Shown here one piece after another: positions 25,756-39,800 of a stretch of 64,000 nucleotides of DNA. Made by a program: the position numbers and the translations under genes. The DNA lies in the NCBI GenBank assembly GCA_043228905.1, contig JBHGNT010000001.1, forward strand, positions 13,330,001 to 13,394,000, written 5' to 3'. Positions within the stretch are counted from its first letter, which is position 1, and every line of letters begins with the position of its first letter. Below the pieces are notes generated by a model. It saw nothing but the letters and a program-made list of their open reading frames with translations. It had not been told where the DNA came from and did not search any database. Source of the DNA: Azolla caroliniana (taxonomy: Eukaryota; Plantae; Polypodiophyta).

Positions 25756-26436
25756 ACTCAAAGTTGCTTGCGATTTCAGCTTTTATGATTTCCTTGCATA
25801 AATTCCTTTTCCAATGGCAATGTGCACTCTGCATTGCAACATTCTTCGGTAAAGGTGTTTTACATGTAGATGTAATGGTCATTTCTACCTTTATTATGTA
25901 GAATGAAATATAAATTCCGTCTTAAATGTCACACCTAATAGAATCTATCGATTTATCTTTGCACAACACTTCTGTTCTTTGTCACTTCCCCTTTGATTGC
26001 CATCCTTAGGTCGTTGGTTACAATCCGACAGTTGGTTGCAATTTCAACTATGCTTTCTTTGCATAAATTCCTTTCACAATCGCAATGTGTGGTGTCCATT
26101 GCAACATTCATGGGAAAAGGTGTTGAACATCTAGATCTAGTGCTCACTTTCACCCTTATTACTTGAAATGAAATATTTGTCGTTTTAGAGGTCAAATATA
26201 ATACAATCTATCTATCTATCTTTAAGTAGTATCTCCGTTCGTTGTAACCCCTTGTTCGTCTAAACATCATCCCTATATAAAATCCAGTATTTGACAATGC
26301 TCACTAATATAATATATCTGCAATGTTGGAAACTTGACATTGAACATTACATGTTAGTCATTAATCAAAACCTGGTATAGATGTTGTGTCCATTTTTGCG
26401 TCTATAATTGAGAAATATGGAAGCTTTTCCACACTT

Positions 26437-26520
26437 CCGATCTTAGCTCAGTTGGTAGAGCGGAGGACTGTAGTGTTCATTGTCATCCTTAGGTCGTTGG
26501 TTCAAATCCGACAGGTCGGA
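26437..26520 (+). tRNA. tRNA-Tyr(GTA), intron-containing, C5>T variant
   Basis: Same sequence as the 22895 copy. Confidence 0.78.
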
Positions 26521-27442
26521 ACTCGAAGTTGCTTGGGATTTTAGCTTTTATGATTTCCTTGCATAAATTCCTTTTACAATGGCATTGTGCACTCTGCATT
26601 GCAACATTCATCGATATAGGTATTTTACATTTAGATGTAATGGTCATTTTTACCTTTATTATGTAGAATGAAATATAAATTTCGTCTTAAATGTCACACC
26701 TAATAGAATCTATCGATTTATCTTTGCACAACACCTCCGTTCTTTGTAACTTCCCGTTTACCTGAGTATCCTCCCTTTATTAAATCAAAAATTTGATTTT
26801 CCTCTTAACCATTTGATAGGTTTGCAACATTGCAAGCTTGAAATCAAGTATTATATGTAAGCTATCAATGGAAACATGTTATTCATGTTGCGTTGTTGAT
26901 AGGAACATCCATCCATCATTGCTTCTATATTGGATGAATACGAAGTCTTTCACACAACTTTCAGCTTAGCTTAGTTGGTAGAGCGGAGGATTGTGTTGTT
27001 GATTTCCATCCTTAGGTCGTTGGTTACAATCCGACAGTTGGTTGCAATTTCAACTATGCTTTCTTTGCATAAATTCCTTTCACAATCGCAATGTGTGGTC
27101 TCCATTGCAACATTAATGGGAAAAGGTGTTAAACATCTAGATCTAGTGCTCACTTTCACCTTTATTACTTGAAATGAAATATTGGTCGTCTTAGAGGTAA
27201 AATATAATACAATCTATCTATCTATCTTTAAGCAATCCCTCCGTTCGTTTTAACCCCTTGTTCGTCTAAACATCATCCCTATATAAAATCCAGCATATGA
27301 CAATGCTCACTAATATAATATATCTGCAATGTTGTAGGCTTGACATTCAGCATTAGATGTTAGTCATCAATCAAAACTCGATATAAATGTTGTGTCCATT
27401 TTTGCGTCTATAACGGAGAAATATGGAAGCTTTTCCACACCT

Positions 27443-27526
27443 CCGACCTTAGCTCAGTTGGTAGAGCGGAGGACTGTAGTGCTCATTGTCATCCTTAGGT
27501 CGTTGGTTCAAATCCGACAGGTCGGA
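27443..27526 (+). tRNA. tRNA-Tyr(GTA), intron-containing, apparently intact
   Basis: Same sequence as the 23901 copy. Confidence 0.88.
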
Positions 27527-28207
27527 ACTCAAAGTTGCTTGCGATTTCAGCTTTTATGATTTCCTTGCATAAATTCCTTTTCCAATGGCAATGTGCACTC
27601 TGCATTGCAACATTCTTCGGTAAAGGTGTTTTACATGTAGATGTAATGGTCATTTCTACCTTTATTATGTAGAATGAAATATAAATTCCGTCTTAAATGT
27701 CACACCTAATAGAATCTATCGATTTATCTTTGCACAACACTTCTGTTCTTTGTCACTTCCCCTTTGATTGCCATCCTTAGGTCGTTGGTTACAATCCGAC
27801 AGTTGGTTGCAATTTCAACTATGCTTTCTTTGCATAAATTCCTTTCACAATCGCAATGTGTGGTGTCCATTGCAACATTCATGGGAAAAGGTGTTGAACA
27901 TCTAGATCTAGTGCTCACTTTCACCCTTATTACTTGAAATGAAATATTTGTCGTCTTAGAGGTCAAATATAATACAATCTATCTATCTATCTTTAAGTAG
28001 TATCTCCGTTCGTTGTAACCCCTTGTTCATCTAAACATCATCCCTATATAAAATCCAGTATTTGACAATGCTCACTAATATAATATATCTGCAATGTTGG
28101 AAGCTTGACATTGAGCATTACATGTTAGTCATTAATCAAAACCTGGTATAGATGTTGTGTCCATTTTTGCGTCTATAATTGAGAAATATGGAAGCTTTTC
28201 CACACTT

Positions 28208-28291
28208 CCGATCTTAGCTCAGTTGGTAGAGCGGAGGACTGTAGTGTTCATTGTCATCCTTAGGTCGTTGGTTCAAATCCGACAGGTCGGA
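28208..28291 (+). tRNA. tRNA-Tyr(GTA), intron-containing, C5>T variant
   Basis: Same sequence as the 22895 copy. Confidence 0.78.
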
Positions 28292-29213
28292 ACTCGAAGT
28301 TGCTTGGGATTTTAGCTTTTATGATTTCCTTGCATAAATTCCTTTTACAATGGCATTGTGCACTCTGCATTGCAACATTCATCGATATAGGTATTTTACA
28401 TTTAGATGTAATGGTCATTTTTACCTTTATTATGTAGAATGAAATATAAATTTCGTCTTAAATGTCACACCTAATAGAATCTATCGATTTATCTTTGCAC
28501 AACACCTCCGTTCTTTGTAACTTCCCGTTTACCTGAGTATCCTCCCTTTATTAAATCAAAAATTTGATTTTCCTCTTAACCATTTGATAGGTTTGCAACA
28601 TTGCAAGCTTGAAATCAAGTATTATATGTAAGCTATCAATGGAAACATGTTATTCATGTTGCGTTGTTGATAGGAACATCCATCCATCAATGCTTCTATA
28701 TTGGATGAATACGAAGTCTTTCACACAACTTTCAGCTTAGCTTAGTTGGTAGAGCGGAGGATTGTGTTGTTGATTTCCATCCTTAGGTCGTTGGTTACAA
28801 TCCGACAGTTGGTTGCAATTTCAACTATGCTTTCTTTGCATAAATTCCTTTCACAATCGCAATGTGTGGTCTCCATTGCAACATTAATGGGAAAAGGTGT
28901 TAAACATCTAGATCTAGTGCTCACTTTCACCTTTATTACTTGAAATGAAATATTGGTCGTCTTAGAGGTAAAATATAATACAATCTATCTATCTATCTTT
29001 AAGCAATCCCTCCGTTCGTTTTAACCCCTTGTTCGTCTAAACATCATCCCTATATAAAATCCAGCATATGACAATGCTCACTAATATAATATATCTGCAA
29101 TGTTGTAGGCTTGACATTCAGCATTAGATGTTAGTCATCAATCAAAACTCGATATAAATGTTGTGTCCATTTTTGCGTCTATAACGGAGAAATATGGAAG
29201 CTTTTCCACACCT

Positions 29214-29297
29214 CCGACCTTAGCTCAGTTGGTAGAGCGGAGGACTGTAGTGCTCATTGTCATCCTTAGGTCGTTGGTTCAAATCCGACAGGTCGGA
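29214..29297 (+). tRNA. tRNA-Tyr(GTA), intron-containing, apparently intact
   Basis: Same sequence as the 23901 copy. Confidence 0.88.
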
Positions 29298-32200
29298 ACT
29301 CAAAGTTGCTTGCTATTTCAGCTTTTATGATTTCCTTGCATAAATTCCTTTTCCAATGGCAATGTGCACTCTGCATTGCAACATTCTTCGGTAAAGGTGT
29401 TTTACATGTAGATGTAATGGTCATTTCTACCTTTATTATGTAGAATGAAATATAAATTCCGTCTTAAATGTCACACCTAATAGAATCTATCGATTTATCT
29501 TTGCACAACACTTCTGTTCTTTGTCACTTCCCCTTTGATTGCCATCCTTAGGTCGTTGGTTACAATCCGACAGTTGGTTGCAATTTCAACTATGCTTTCT
29601 TTGCATAAATTCCTTTCACAATCGCAATGTGTGGTGTCCATTGCAACATTCATGGGAAAAGGTGTTGAACATCTAGATCTAGTGCTCACTTTCACCCTTA
29701 TTACTTGAAATGAAATATTTGTCGTCTTAGAGGTCAAATATAATACAATCTATCTATCTATCTTTAAGTAGTATCTCCGTTCGTTGTAACCCCTTGTTCG
29801 TCTAAACATCATCCCTATATAAAATCCAGTATTTGACAATGCTCACTAATATAATATATCTGCAATGTTGGAAGCTTGACATTGAGCATTACATGTTAGT
29901 CATTAATCAAAACCTGGTATAGATGTTGTGTCCATTTTTGCGTCTATAATTGAGAAATATGGAAGCTTTTCCACACTTCCGATCTTAGCTCAGTTGGTAG
30001 AGCGGAGGACTGTAGTGTTCATTGTCATCCTTAGGTCGTTAGTTCAAATCCGACAGGTCGGAACTCGAAGTTGCATGGGATTTTAGCTTTTATGATTTTC
30101 TTGCATAAATTCCTTTTACAATGGCATTGTGCACTCTGCATTGCAACATTCATCGATATAGGTATTTTACATTTAGATGTAATGGTCATTTTTACCTTTA
30201 TTATGTAGAATGAAATATAAATTTCGTCTTAAATGTCACACCTAATAGAATCTATCGATTTATCTTTGCACAACACCTCCGTTCTTTGTAACTTCCCGTT
30301 TACCTGAGTATCCTCCCTTTATTAAATCAAACATTTGATTTTCCTCTTAACCATTTGATAGGTTTGCAACATTGCAAGCTTGAAATCAAGTATTATATGT
30401 AAGCTATCAATGGAAACATGTTATTCATGTTGCGTTGTTGCTAGGAACATCCATCCATCATTGCTTCTATATTGGATGAATACGAAGTCTTTCACACAAC
30501 TTTCAGATTAGCTTAGTTGGTAGAGCGGAGGATTGTGTTTTTGATTTCCATCCTTAGGTCGTTGGTTACAATCCGACAGTTGGTTGCAATTTCAACTATG
30601 CTTTCTTTGCATAAATTCCTTTCACAATCGCAATGTGTGGTCTCCATTGCAACATTAATGGGAAAAGGTGTTAAACATCTAGATCTAGTGCTGACTTTCA
30701 CCTTTATTACTTGAAATGAAATATTGGTCGTCTCAGAGGTAAAATATAATACAATCTATCTATCTATCTTTAAGCAATACCTCCGTTCGTTTTAACCCCT
30801 TGTTCGTCTAAACATCATCCCTATATAAAATCCAGCATCTGACAATGCTCACTAATATAATATATCTGCAATGTTGGAAACTTGACATTCAGCATTACAT
30901 GTTAGTCACTAATCAAATCCTGGTATAGATGTCCATTTTTGCGTCTATAATTGAGAAATATTCAAGCTTTTCCACACCTCCGACCTTAGCTCAGTTGGTA
31001 GAGCGGAGGACTGTAGTGTTTATTGTCATCCTTAGGTCGTTGGTTCAAATCCGACAGGTCGAAACTCGAAGTTGCTTGCGATTCCAGCTTTTATGATTTC
31101 CTTGCATAAATTCCTTTTCCAATGGCAATGTGCACTTTGCATTGCAACATTCTTCGGTAAAGGTGTTTTACATGTAGATGTAATGGTCATTTTTACCTTT
31201 ATTATGTAGAATGAAATATAAATTCCGTCTTAAATGTCACACCTAATAGAATCTATCGATTTATCTTTGCACAACACCTCCGTTCTTTGTCACTTCCCGT
31301 TGATTGCCATCCTTAGGTCGTTGGTTACAATCCGACAGTTGGTTGCAATTTCAACTATGCTTTCTTTGCATAAATTCCTTTCACAATCGCAATGTGTGGT
31401 CTCCATTGCAACATTCATGGGAAAAGGTGTTGAACATGTAGATCTAGTGCTCCCTTTCACCCTGATTACTTGAAATGAAATATTTGTCGTCTTAGAGGTC
31501 AAATATAATACAATCTATCTATATATCTTTAAGTAGTATCTCCGTTCGTTGTAACCCCTTGTTCATCTAAACATCTTCCCTATATAAAATCCAGCATCTG
31601 ACAATGGTCACTAATATAATATATCTGCAATGTTGGAAGCTTGACATTCAACATTACATGTTAGTCATTAATCAAAACCTGGTATAGATGTTGTGTCCAT
31701 TTTTGCGTCTATAATTGGGAAATATGGAAGCTTTTCCACACTTCTGATCTTAGCTCAGTAGGTAGAGCGGAGGACTGTACTGTTCATTGTCATCCTTAGG
31801 TCGTTGGTTCAAATCCGACAGGTCGGAACTCGAAGTTGCTTGGGATTTTAGCTTTTATGATTTCCTTGCATAAATTCCTTTTACAATGGCATTGTGCACT
31901 CTGCATTGCAACATTCATCGATATAGGTATTTTACATTTAGATGTAATGGTCATTTTTACCTTTATTATGTAGAATGAAATATAAATTTCGTCTTAAATG
32001 TCACACCTAATAGAATCTATCGATTTATCTTTGCACAACACCTCCGTTCTTTGTAACTTCCCGTTTACCTGAGTATCCTCCCTTTATTAAATAAAAAATT
32101 TGATTTTCCTCTTAACCATTTGATAGGTTTGCAACATTGCAAGCTTGAAATCAAGTATTATATGTAAGCTATCAATGGAAACATGTTATTCATGTTGCGT

Positions 32201-35200
32201 TGTTGCTAGGAACATCCATCCATCATTGCTTCTATATTGGATGAATACGAAGTCTTTCACACAACTTTCAGCTTAGCTTAGTTGGTAGAGCGGAGGATTG
32301 TGTTGTTGATTTCCATCCTTAGGTCGTTGGTTACAATCCGACAGTTGGTTGCAATTTCAACTATGCTTTCTTTGCATAAATTCCTTTCACAATCGCAATG
32401 TGTGGTCTCCATTGCAACATTAATGGGAAAAGGTGTTAAACATCTAGATCTAGTGCTCACTTTCACCTTTATTACTTGAAATGAAATATTGGTCGTCTCA
32501 GAGGTAAAATATAATACAATCTATCTATCTATCTTTAAGCAATCCCTCCGTTCGTTTTAACCCCTTGTTCGTCTAAACATCATCCCTATATAAAATCCAG
32601 CATCTGATAATGCTCACTAATGTAATATATCTACAATGTTGAAAGCTTGACATTCAGCATTACATGTTAGTCATTAATCAAAACCTGGTATAGATGTCCA
32701 TTTTTGCGTCTATAATTTAGAAATATTGAAGCTTTTCCACACCTCCGATCTTAGCTCAGTTGGTAGAGCGGAGGACTGTAGTGTTCATTGTAATCCTTAG
32801 GTCATTGGTTCAAATTTGACAGGTCGGAACTCAAAGTTGCTTGCGATTTCAGCTTTTATGATTTCCTTGCATAAATTCCTTTTCCAATAGCAATGTGCAC
32901 TCTGCATTGCAACATTCATCGGTAAAGGTGTTTTACATGTAGATGTAATGGTCATTTTTACCTTTATTATGTAGAATGAAATATAAATTCCGTCTTAAAT
33001 GTCACACCTAATAGAATCTATCGATTTATCTTTGCACAACACCTCCGTTCTTTGTCACTTCCCGTTGATTGCCATCCTTAGGTCGTTGGTTACAATCCGA
33101 CAGTTGGTTGCAATTTCAACTATGCTTTCTTTGCATAAATTCCTTTCACAATCGCAATGTGTGGTGTCCATTGCAACATTCATGGGAAAAGGTGTTGAAC
33201 ATGTAGATCTAGTGCTCCCTTTCACCCTGATTACTTGAAATGAAATATTTGTCGTCTTAGAGGTCAAATATAATACAATCTATCTATCTATCTTTAAGTA
33301 GTATCTCCGTTCGTTGTAACCCCTTGTTCGTCTAAACATCTTCCATATATAAAATCCAGCATCTGACAATGGTCACTAATATAATATATCTGCAATGTTG
33401 GAAGCTTGACATTCAACATTACATGTTAGTCATTAATCAAAACCTGGTATAGATGTTGTGTCCATTTTTGCGTCTATAATTGAGAAATATGGAAGCTTTT
33501 CGACACCTCCGATCTTAGCTCAGTTGGTAGAGCGGAGGATTGTAGTGTTCATTGTCATCCTGAGGTCGTTGGTTCAAATCCGACAGGTCGGAACTCGAAG
33601 TTGCTTGGGATTTTAGCTTTTATGATTTCCTTGCATAAATTCCTTTTGCAATGGCAATGTGCACTCTGCATTGCAACATTCATCGGTAAAGGTATTTTAC
33701 ATTTAGATGTAATGGTCATTTTTACCTTTATTATGTAGAATGAAATATAAATTTCGTCTTAAATGTCACACCTAATAGAATCTATCGATTTATCTTTGCA
33801 CAACACCTCCGTTCTTTGTCACTTCCCGTTTATCTGAGTATTGTCCCTTTATTAAATCGAAAATTTGACTTTGCTATAAACCATTGAACAGGTTTGCAAT
33901 ATTGCAAACTTGAAATCAAGTATTATATGTAAGCTATCAATGGAAACATGTTATTCATGTTGCGTTGTCGCTAGGAACATCCATCCATCATTGCTTCTAT
34001 ATTGGATGAATACGAAGTCTTTCACACAACTTTCAGCTTAGCTTAGTTGTTAGAGCGGAGGATTGTGTTGTTGATTGCCATCCTTAGGTTGTTGGTTACA
34101 ATCCGACATATCGAATCCGACAGTTGGTTGCAATTTCAACTATGCTTTGTTTGCATAAATTCCTTTCACAATCGCAATGTTTGGTCTCCATTGCAACATT
34201 CATGGGAAAAGGTGTTGAACATCTAGATCTAGTTCTCACTTTCACCCTTATTACGTGAAATGAAATATTGTTCGTCTCAGAGGTCAAATATAATACAATC
34301 TATCTATCTATCTTTAAGCAATACCTCCGTTCGTTGTAACCCCTTGTTCGTCTAAACATCATCCCTATATAAAATCCAGCATCTAACAATGCTCACTAAT
34401 ATAATATATCTGCAATGTTGGAAGCTTGACATTCAGCATTACATGTTAGTCATTAATCAAAACCTGGTATAGATGTCCACTTTTGCGTTTATAACTGAGA
34501 AATATGGAAGCTTTTCAACACCTCCGATCTTAGCTCAGTTGGTAGAGCGAAGGATTGTAGTGTTTATTGTCATCCTTAGGTCGTTGGTTCAAATCCGACA
34601 GGTCGGAACTCGAAGTTGCTTGCGATTTTAGCTTTTATGATTTCCTTGCATAAATTCCTTTTCCAATGGCAATGTGCACTTTGTATTGCAACATTCTTCG
34701 GTAAAGGTGTTTTACATGTAGATGTAATGGTCATTTTTACCTTTATTATGTAGAATGAAATATAAATTCCGTCTTAAATGTCACACCTAATAGAATCTAT
34801 CGATTTATCTTTGCACAACACCTCCGTTCTTTGTCACTTCCCGTTGATTGCCATCCTTAGGTCGTTGGTTACAATCCGACAGTTGGTTGCAATTTCAACT
34901 ATGCTTTCTTTGCATAAATTCCTTTCAGAATCGCAATCTGTGGTCTCCATTGCAACATTCATGGGAAAAGGTGTTGAACATCTAGATGTAGTGCTCACTT
35001 TCACCCTTATTACTTGAAATGAAATATTTGTCATCTTAGAGGTCAAATATAATACAATCTATCTATCTATCTATCTTTAAGTAGTATCTCCGTTCGTTGT
35101 AACCCCTTGTTCGTCTAAACATCATCCCTATATAAAATCTAGCATATGACAATGCTCACTAATATAATATATCTGCAATGTTGGAAGCTTGACATTGAGC

Positions 35201-35963
35201 ATTACATGTTAGTCATCAATCAAAACTCGATATAAATGTTGTGTCCTTTTTGCGTCTATAACGGAGAAATATGGAAGTTTTTCCACACCTCCGACCTTAG
35301 CTCAGTTGGTAGAGCGGAGGATTGTAGTGTTCATTGTCATCCGTAGGTCGTTGGTTCAAATCCGACAGGTCGGAACTCGAAGTTGCTTGCGATTTCAGCT
35401 TTTATGATTTCCTTGCATAAATTCCTTTTACAATGGCAATGTGCACTCTGCATTGCAACATTCATCGGTAAAGGTAGTTTACATTTAGATGTAATGGTCA
35501 TTTTTACCTTTATTATGTAGAATGAAATATAAATTTCGTCTTAAATGTCACACCTAATAGAATCTATCGATTTATCTTTGCACAACACCTCCGTTCTTTG
35601 TCACTTCCCGTTTATCTGAGTATCCTCCCTTTATTAAATCAAAAATTTGATTTTCCTCCAAACCATTTGATAGGTTTGCAACATTGCAAGCTTGAAATCA
35701 AGTATTATATTTAAGCTATCAATGGAAACATGTTATTCATGTTGCGTTGTCGCTAGGAACATCCATCCATCATTGCTTCTATATTGGATGAATACGAAGT
35801 CTTTCACACAACTTTCACCTTAGCTTAGTTGGTAGAGCGGAGGATTGTGTTGTTGATTCCCATCCTTAGGTCGTTGGTTACAATCCGACAGGCTTTACCA
35901 CACCTCTGACCTTAGCTCAGTTTGTAGAGCGGAGGATTGTAATGTTGATGGATATCCTTATGG

Positions 35964-35977
35964 TTTAGGGTTTAGGG
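35964..35977 (+). repeat. Two plant telomeric repeats (TTTAGGG)2 at the array/retroelement junction
   Basis: TGGTTTAGGGTTTAGGGTT lies between a truncated tRNA copy and LTR-like sequence. Confidence 0.6.
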
Positions 35978-35991
35978 TTGATTGTAATGAA

Positions 35992-36680
35992 AACATCATC
36001 CTTTCGAACTCTCCTGCTTGATTGGTTGAGGATGCCATCTCCACTTAATGAACTAGTGGTACCTAGGATAAATACGTCGCTGGCCTGTACTTAACTATGT
36101 ATATAAATATATCAAAACATGTGCCCGTGTGTAAGGGCCGGTTCACGCATATCATCCACTGATTTCTCTTAGGGACGGTTTTGTCCACGACAACGGTCGA
36201 CGACCTTCTCCACGCTCACATTGTTGTCTCGAGATCTCATCATTTGTTTAACGGTCAACATCATCGTTTCGAACCGTCCCGCTTGATTGCTTGAGGATGG
36301 CATTTCCAAGTATCGGTTGATCCTCGACTTGATCCTTCCTACCACTTCTTCCACGTCGGGTCCACCAATTATTTATGTCGTGAAGATCCGTCACTACGTG
36401 AGGATCGTGAGGCGGAACCACCGGGGTCCTGGACTGGAAGGTCTCGATGTTACATCTAGCATAAGGGAGAATGTATTGAGAAGATAGATAGAGACAGATT
36501 GAGAGGTGGAGATTCCAATTATGAGACAGATTGAGATAGAGATTGAACCTTTGACTTTAGATCTGGGAAACTAAGCACATTACCATTAGAATAACGTAGA
36601 TCTTGTATTAAGTTTTTTTTTTCTTACATCACTTCTCTCCCCTTACACAAGCCTAACTATAGGCTTTTATAGGTCTCTCC
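35992..36680 (-). repeat. Truncated 3' LTR-like repeat of the minus-strand gypsy
   Basis: High similarity to the right-hand copy, which has an internal ~265-bp tandem duplication and is split by the 54785 chromovirus. Confidence 0.75.
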
Positions 36681-36807
36681 ATTTTCATTACCTTGGCCGT
36701 GAAGTTCCTTCATATCATAGATGGAATGAACATTCTACATATCGTCTAGAGGCGAGAAAGATGACATATAATGTATTTGGGAACACATTCATATTTAGAG
36801 AAATTAA

Positions 36808-39800
36808 GTGTTGATGCACCAATACCTTGTCGGACAAGGCTATTGGAGCTACATCAAAGGAGCGCATGAAGACCGACCTGCCGAAGCGGTTCCCGGATAC
36901 GTGACATGGGAGCAAGCCGCAAGCCGCGTGATGTATTGTTTGGTGACATGTGTTCACGACCATATGCTCGGTTACATTCGAGAAGCCAAGACGCCGAAGG
37001 AAGCGTGGGAAAATCTATGAAAGATTTTCGCCGCCAACACGACCGCGAGGAAGCTTCAACTCCGCCAAGAGTTGAACAACATTCAACAAAGGGACATGTC
37101 CATCACGTCATACACCTTGAAGATCATGGAGCTTTGCGACTCGCTCGGCTCAATAAGCGTAAGTATAGATGATGATGAGATGGTGCAAATATGGCTCGGC
37201 GGCCTCGCACCACGATTCAGCGTGATGCGAACCGTTGTTCTAGCATGGGAGAAATCTCCCTCCTTGTTCGAGTTCCAATCAATGCTATTGGTCGAAGAAA
37301 ACCACGTGCATACAAGGAGCAATGAGTCGGAATGCCACATGCTCTACACGCACTCTAATGGAGGAAGAGGATGCGGACGAGCGAGAGGACGATTCGGCCA
37401 AGGACAAGGCGGACAAGGTCCGACCTACGACAACAACTCCCAATTTCGGCCGCAAAACGGAGGCCAACGAGGAAACTTCGCAAGAAGGGGGAGATTCCAC
37501 TCCGGCCCGAGCCGTCAGAACGCAACCGAATGCGGATATTGCGGAAAGCTCGGCCACCACGAAGAAGAGTGCCGAAAGAAGATGCGTGAATTGGCATCCA
37601 GAAGCCGACAACTCACGAATTACGCACACAACTCCGACTACGAAGATCGTGGCGGAATGTATGCACACAACTCCGACCGTGGCGAGATGTACGGGCACAA
37701 CTCCGACTACGAAGATCGTGGCGGAATGTATGCGCACAACTCCGACCGTGGCGGAATGTTCATGATGAAACATAGAGCAAACTCTATGTCGGCCGCTACC
37801 TCAAGTACTGCCTCCGGTCCGGAAGACGTATGGTTCGTCGATTCCGGTGCCTGAAACCATATGATATCGCATCAAGAATGGTTCTGAGAACTTCGAGAGC
37901 CGGACCGACCCGGCTATGTCGAAACTGGAGACAACACTACGCACCCGATTCGGCACATTGGCAATGTTCCGTTCGGAAAAGAAGGTAATCAAAACGACAT
38001 TAAAAATGTCTTGCATGTACCGACCATTACGAAGAATTTGGTCTCCGTCGGCCAAATTGTAGAGTAAGGGATGCAAGTTCGATTTAATCAAGGCGGTTGC
38101 TTCATCGAAAAAGAGGGCTGACTCATCGCACGCGGACGAAGAGAGGGTCGGATGTTTATTCTTGATTCACGCGAGATGAAATCCACCATGTTCGTGAAAA
38201 ACACGAAAGTCGACTCCGACATAGAGCTATGGCACAAGCGAATCGGCCACATCAATCTCAACAAACTCAAAGCAAGGAAATCGAAAGGAGTCGTCATCGG
38301 ACTCCCGACATTCAAAGAGAAGGAGATTGAAGGTGTATGCGAAGCATGCCAATTCGGCAAGCAACACCGACACCCTTTCCCGAAAGAGCGGAACGTGAGC
38401 AAAGGTCTACTCGACGTAGTCCATTCCGACGTATGGGGACCGGCGCAGACGGCTACATTCGGCGGATGCCAATATTACGTGCTCTTCATCGTCGATTTCT
38501 CTAGGCACACTTGGATCTACCCGATGCGGCAAAAGAGCGAAGTGTTCGGACACTTCCAAAATTTCAAGAATGAAGTCGAGAAAGCCACGGGCCGACATGT
38601 ATGATGCCTTCGATCGGATGGTGGCAAGGAGTACTTCTCGGACGATTTCACGGCGTATCTCCGAAAGGAAGGAATTCAGCAAGAATTCACTTGCCGACAC
38701 ACTCCGCAACAAAACGGAGTAGCCGAGCGCAAAAATCGGCACATCCTCGAAGTAGCGCGGGCCATGATGAACGAGAAGGATATGCCCAAGTCATATTGGG
38801 CCGAAGCTGCAAATATGGTTGTTTACCTAATGAACCTGTGCACAACATCCGGCGTGCACGAGGTCACTCTGCACGAAAAATACTTCTGAAAGAAGCTGGA
38901 CTTATCACACATCCGCATATTCGGAGCGATAGCGTACATGCACAGCCCTGACGAGAAGCATCAGAACCTCGACCCAAAGTCGGAGAAATGTATCCTCGTA
39001 GGATACTCATTGGAGCAAAAGGGGTACAAGTGCTACAACCCATCCACTCGAAAATCTCGAGTAAGTCGAGAAGTCGTTTTTGACGAGTCCGCATCCTGGT
39101 ATGCACTAGAGACAACTCCAACTCCGACTCCAACTCCGCTCGACCCGGAATTCGCCAAACAAGAGATCGAGGATGAAGATCGCCTTACGCACATATTCGA
39201 AGAAAGTCCGATCACGACACGATTGAGCGGACCACAGGAGCCTTTGAGCGATCAAAGCACATCATAGCCTTGCCCGAAGATGGACAAAGGCAAGGCGAAA
39301 ATGTCGGAATACGAAGACGATCGCTTCAATGACGATGAGTCGACTCACTCACTCGACAGTGAGTTCGGCGGTTTCGAGGTACCAATCAGAGCCAAGAAAG
39401 CCCTCATCTCTGCAAATGAAAAGCTCCGCCGATCCACTCGTGAAAAAAACCCCGTAAGCCGATTCGGCTACAACGATTATATGGCGTACCATTACGCCTT
39501 TATGATGAAGGTAGCGACAGTACGGGAGCCGGAAACCTTTTCGGAAGCCGCGAAGGACCCGCGATGGATCGATGCAATGAACGAGGAGATGCAGGCACTA
39601 CGGAAGAACGAGATGTGGGATCTCGTTCCCACCTTACCACACAAAAAGGCGATCGGATGCAGATGGATCTACAAGGTCAAGTATAACGCCGATGGCTCCG
39701 TAAACCGCCACAAAGCTCGACTCATAGCGAAAGGATACGCTCAAACGCCTGGCGTCGACTACGAAGAGACCTTTGCCCCGGTGGCAAAGATGACGACGGT

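Larger units (their letters stand above)
21697..35960 (+). repeat. Core of the tRNA-Tyr array: ~8 higher-order repeats of 1771 bp (about 1765 bp in the distal units), four tRNA-derived monomers each
   Basis: Identical ORF-track translations recur at 23429/25200/26971/28742/30513 (step 1771) and 32278. Monomer order: near-intact tRNA, degenerate tRNA, intact tRNA, 3'-half-only tRNA. Confidence 0.96.

Noticed and set aside
23429-35046. Recurrent 60-80 aa ORFs in the ORF track
   Set aside because: These are incidental translations of the tRNA/spacer repeat on both strands, with no domain signal.
12490-35960. tRNA-Ser partner genes as in the Arabidopsis Tyr-Tyr-Ser cluster
   Set aside because: Every tRNA-like unit seen derives from tRNA-Tyr; no long-variable-arm tRNA was found.
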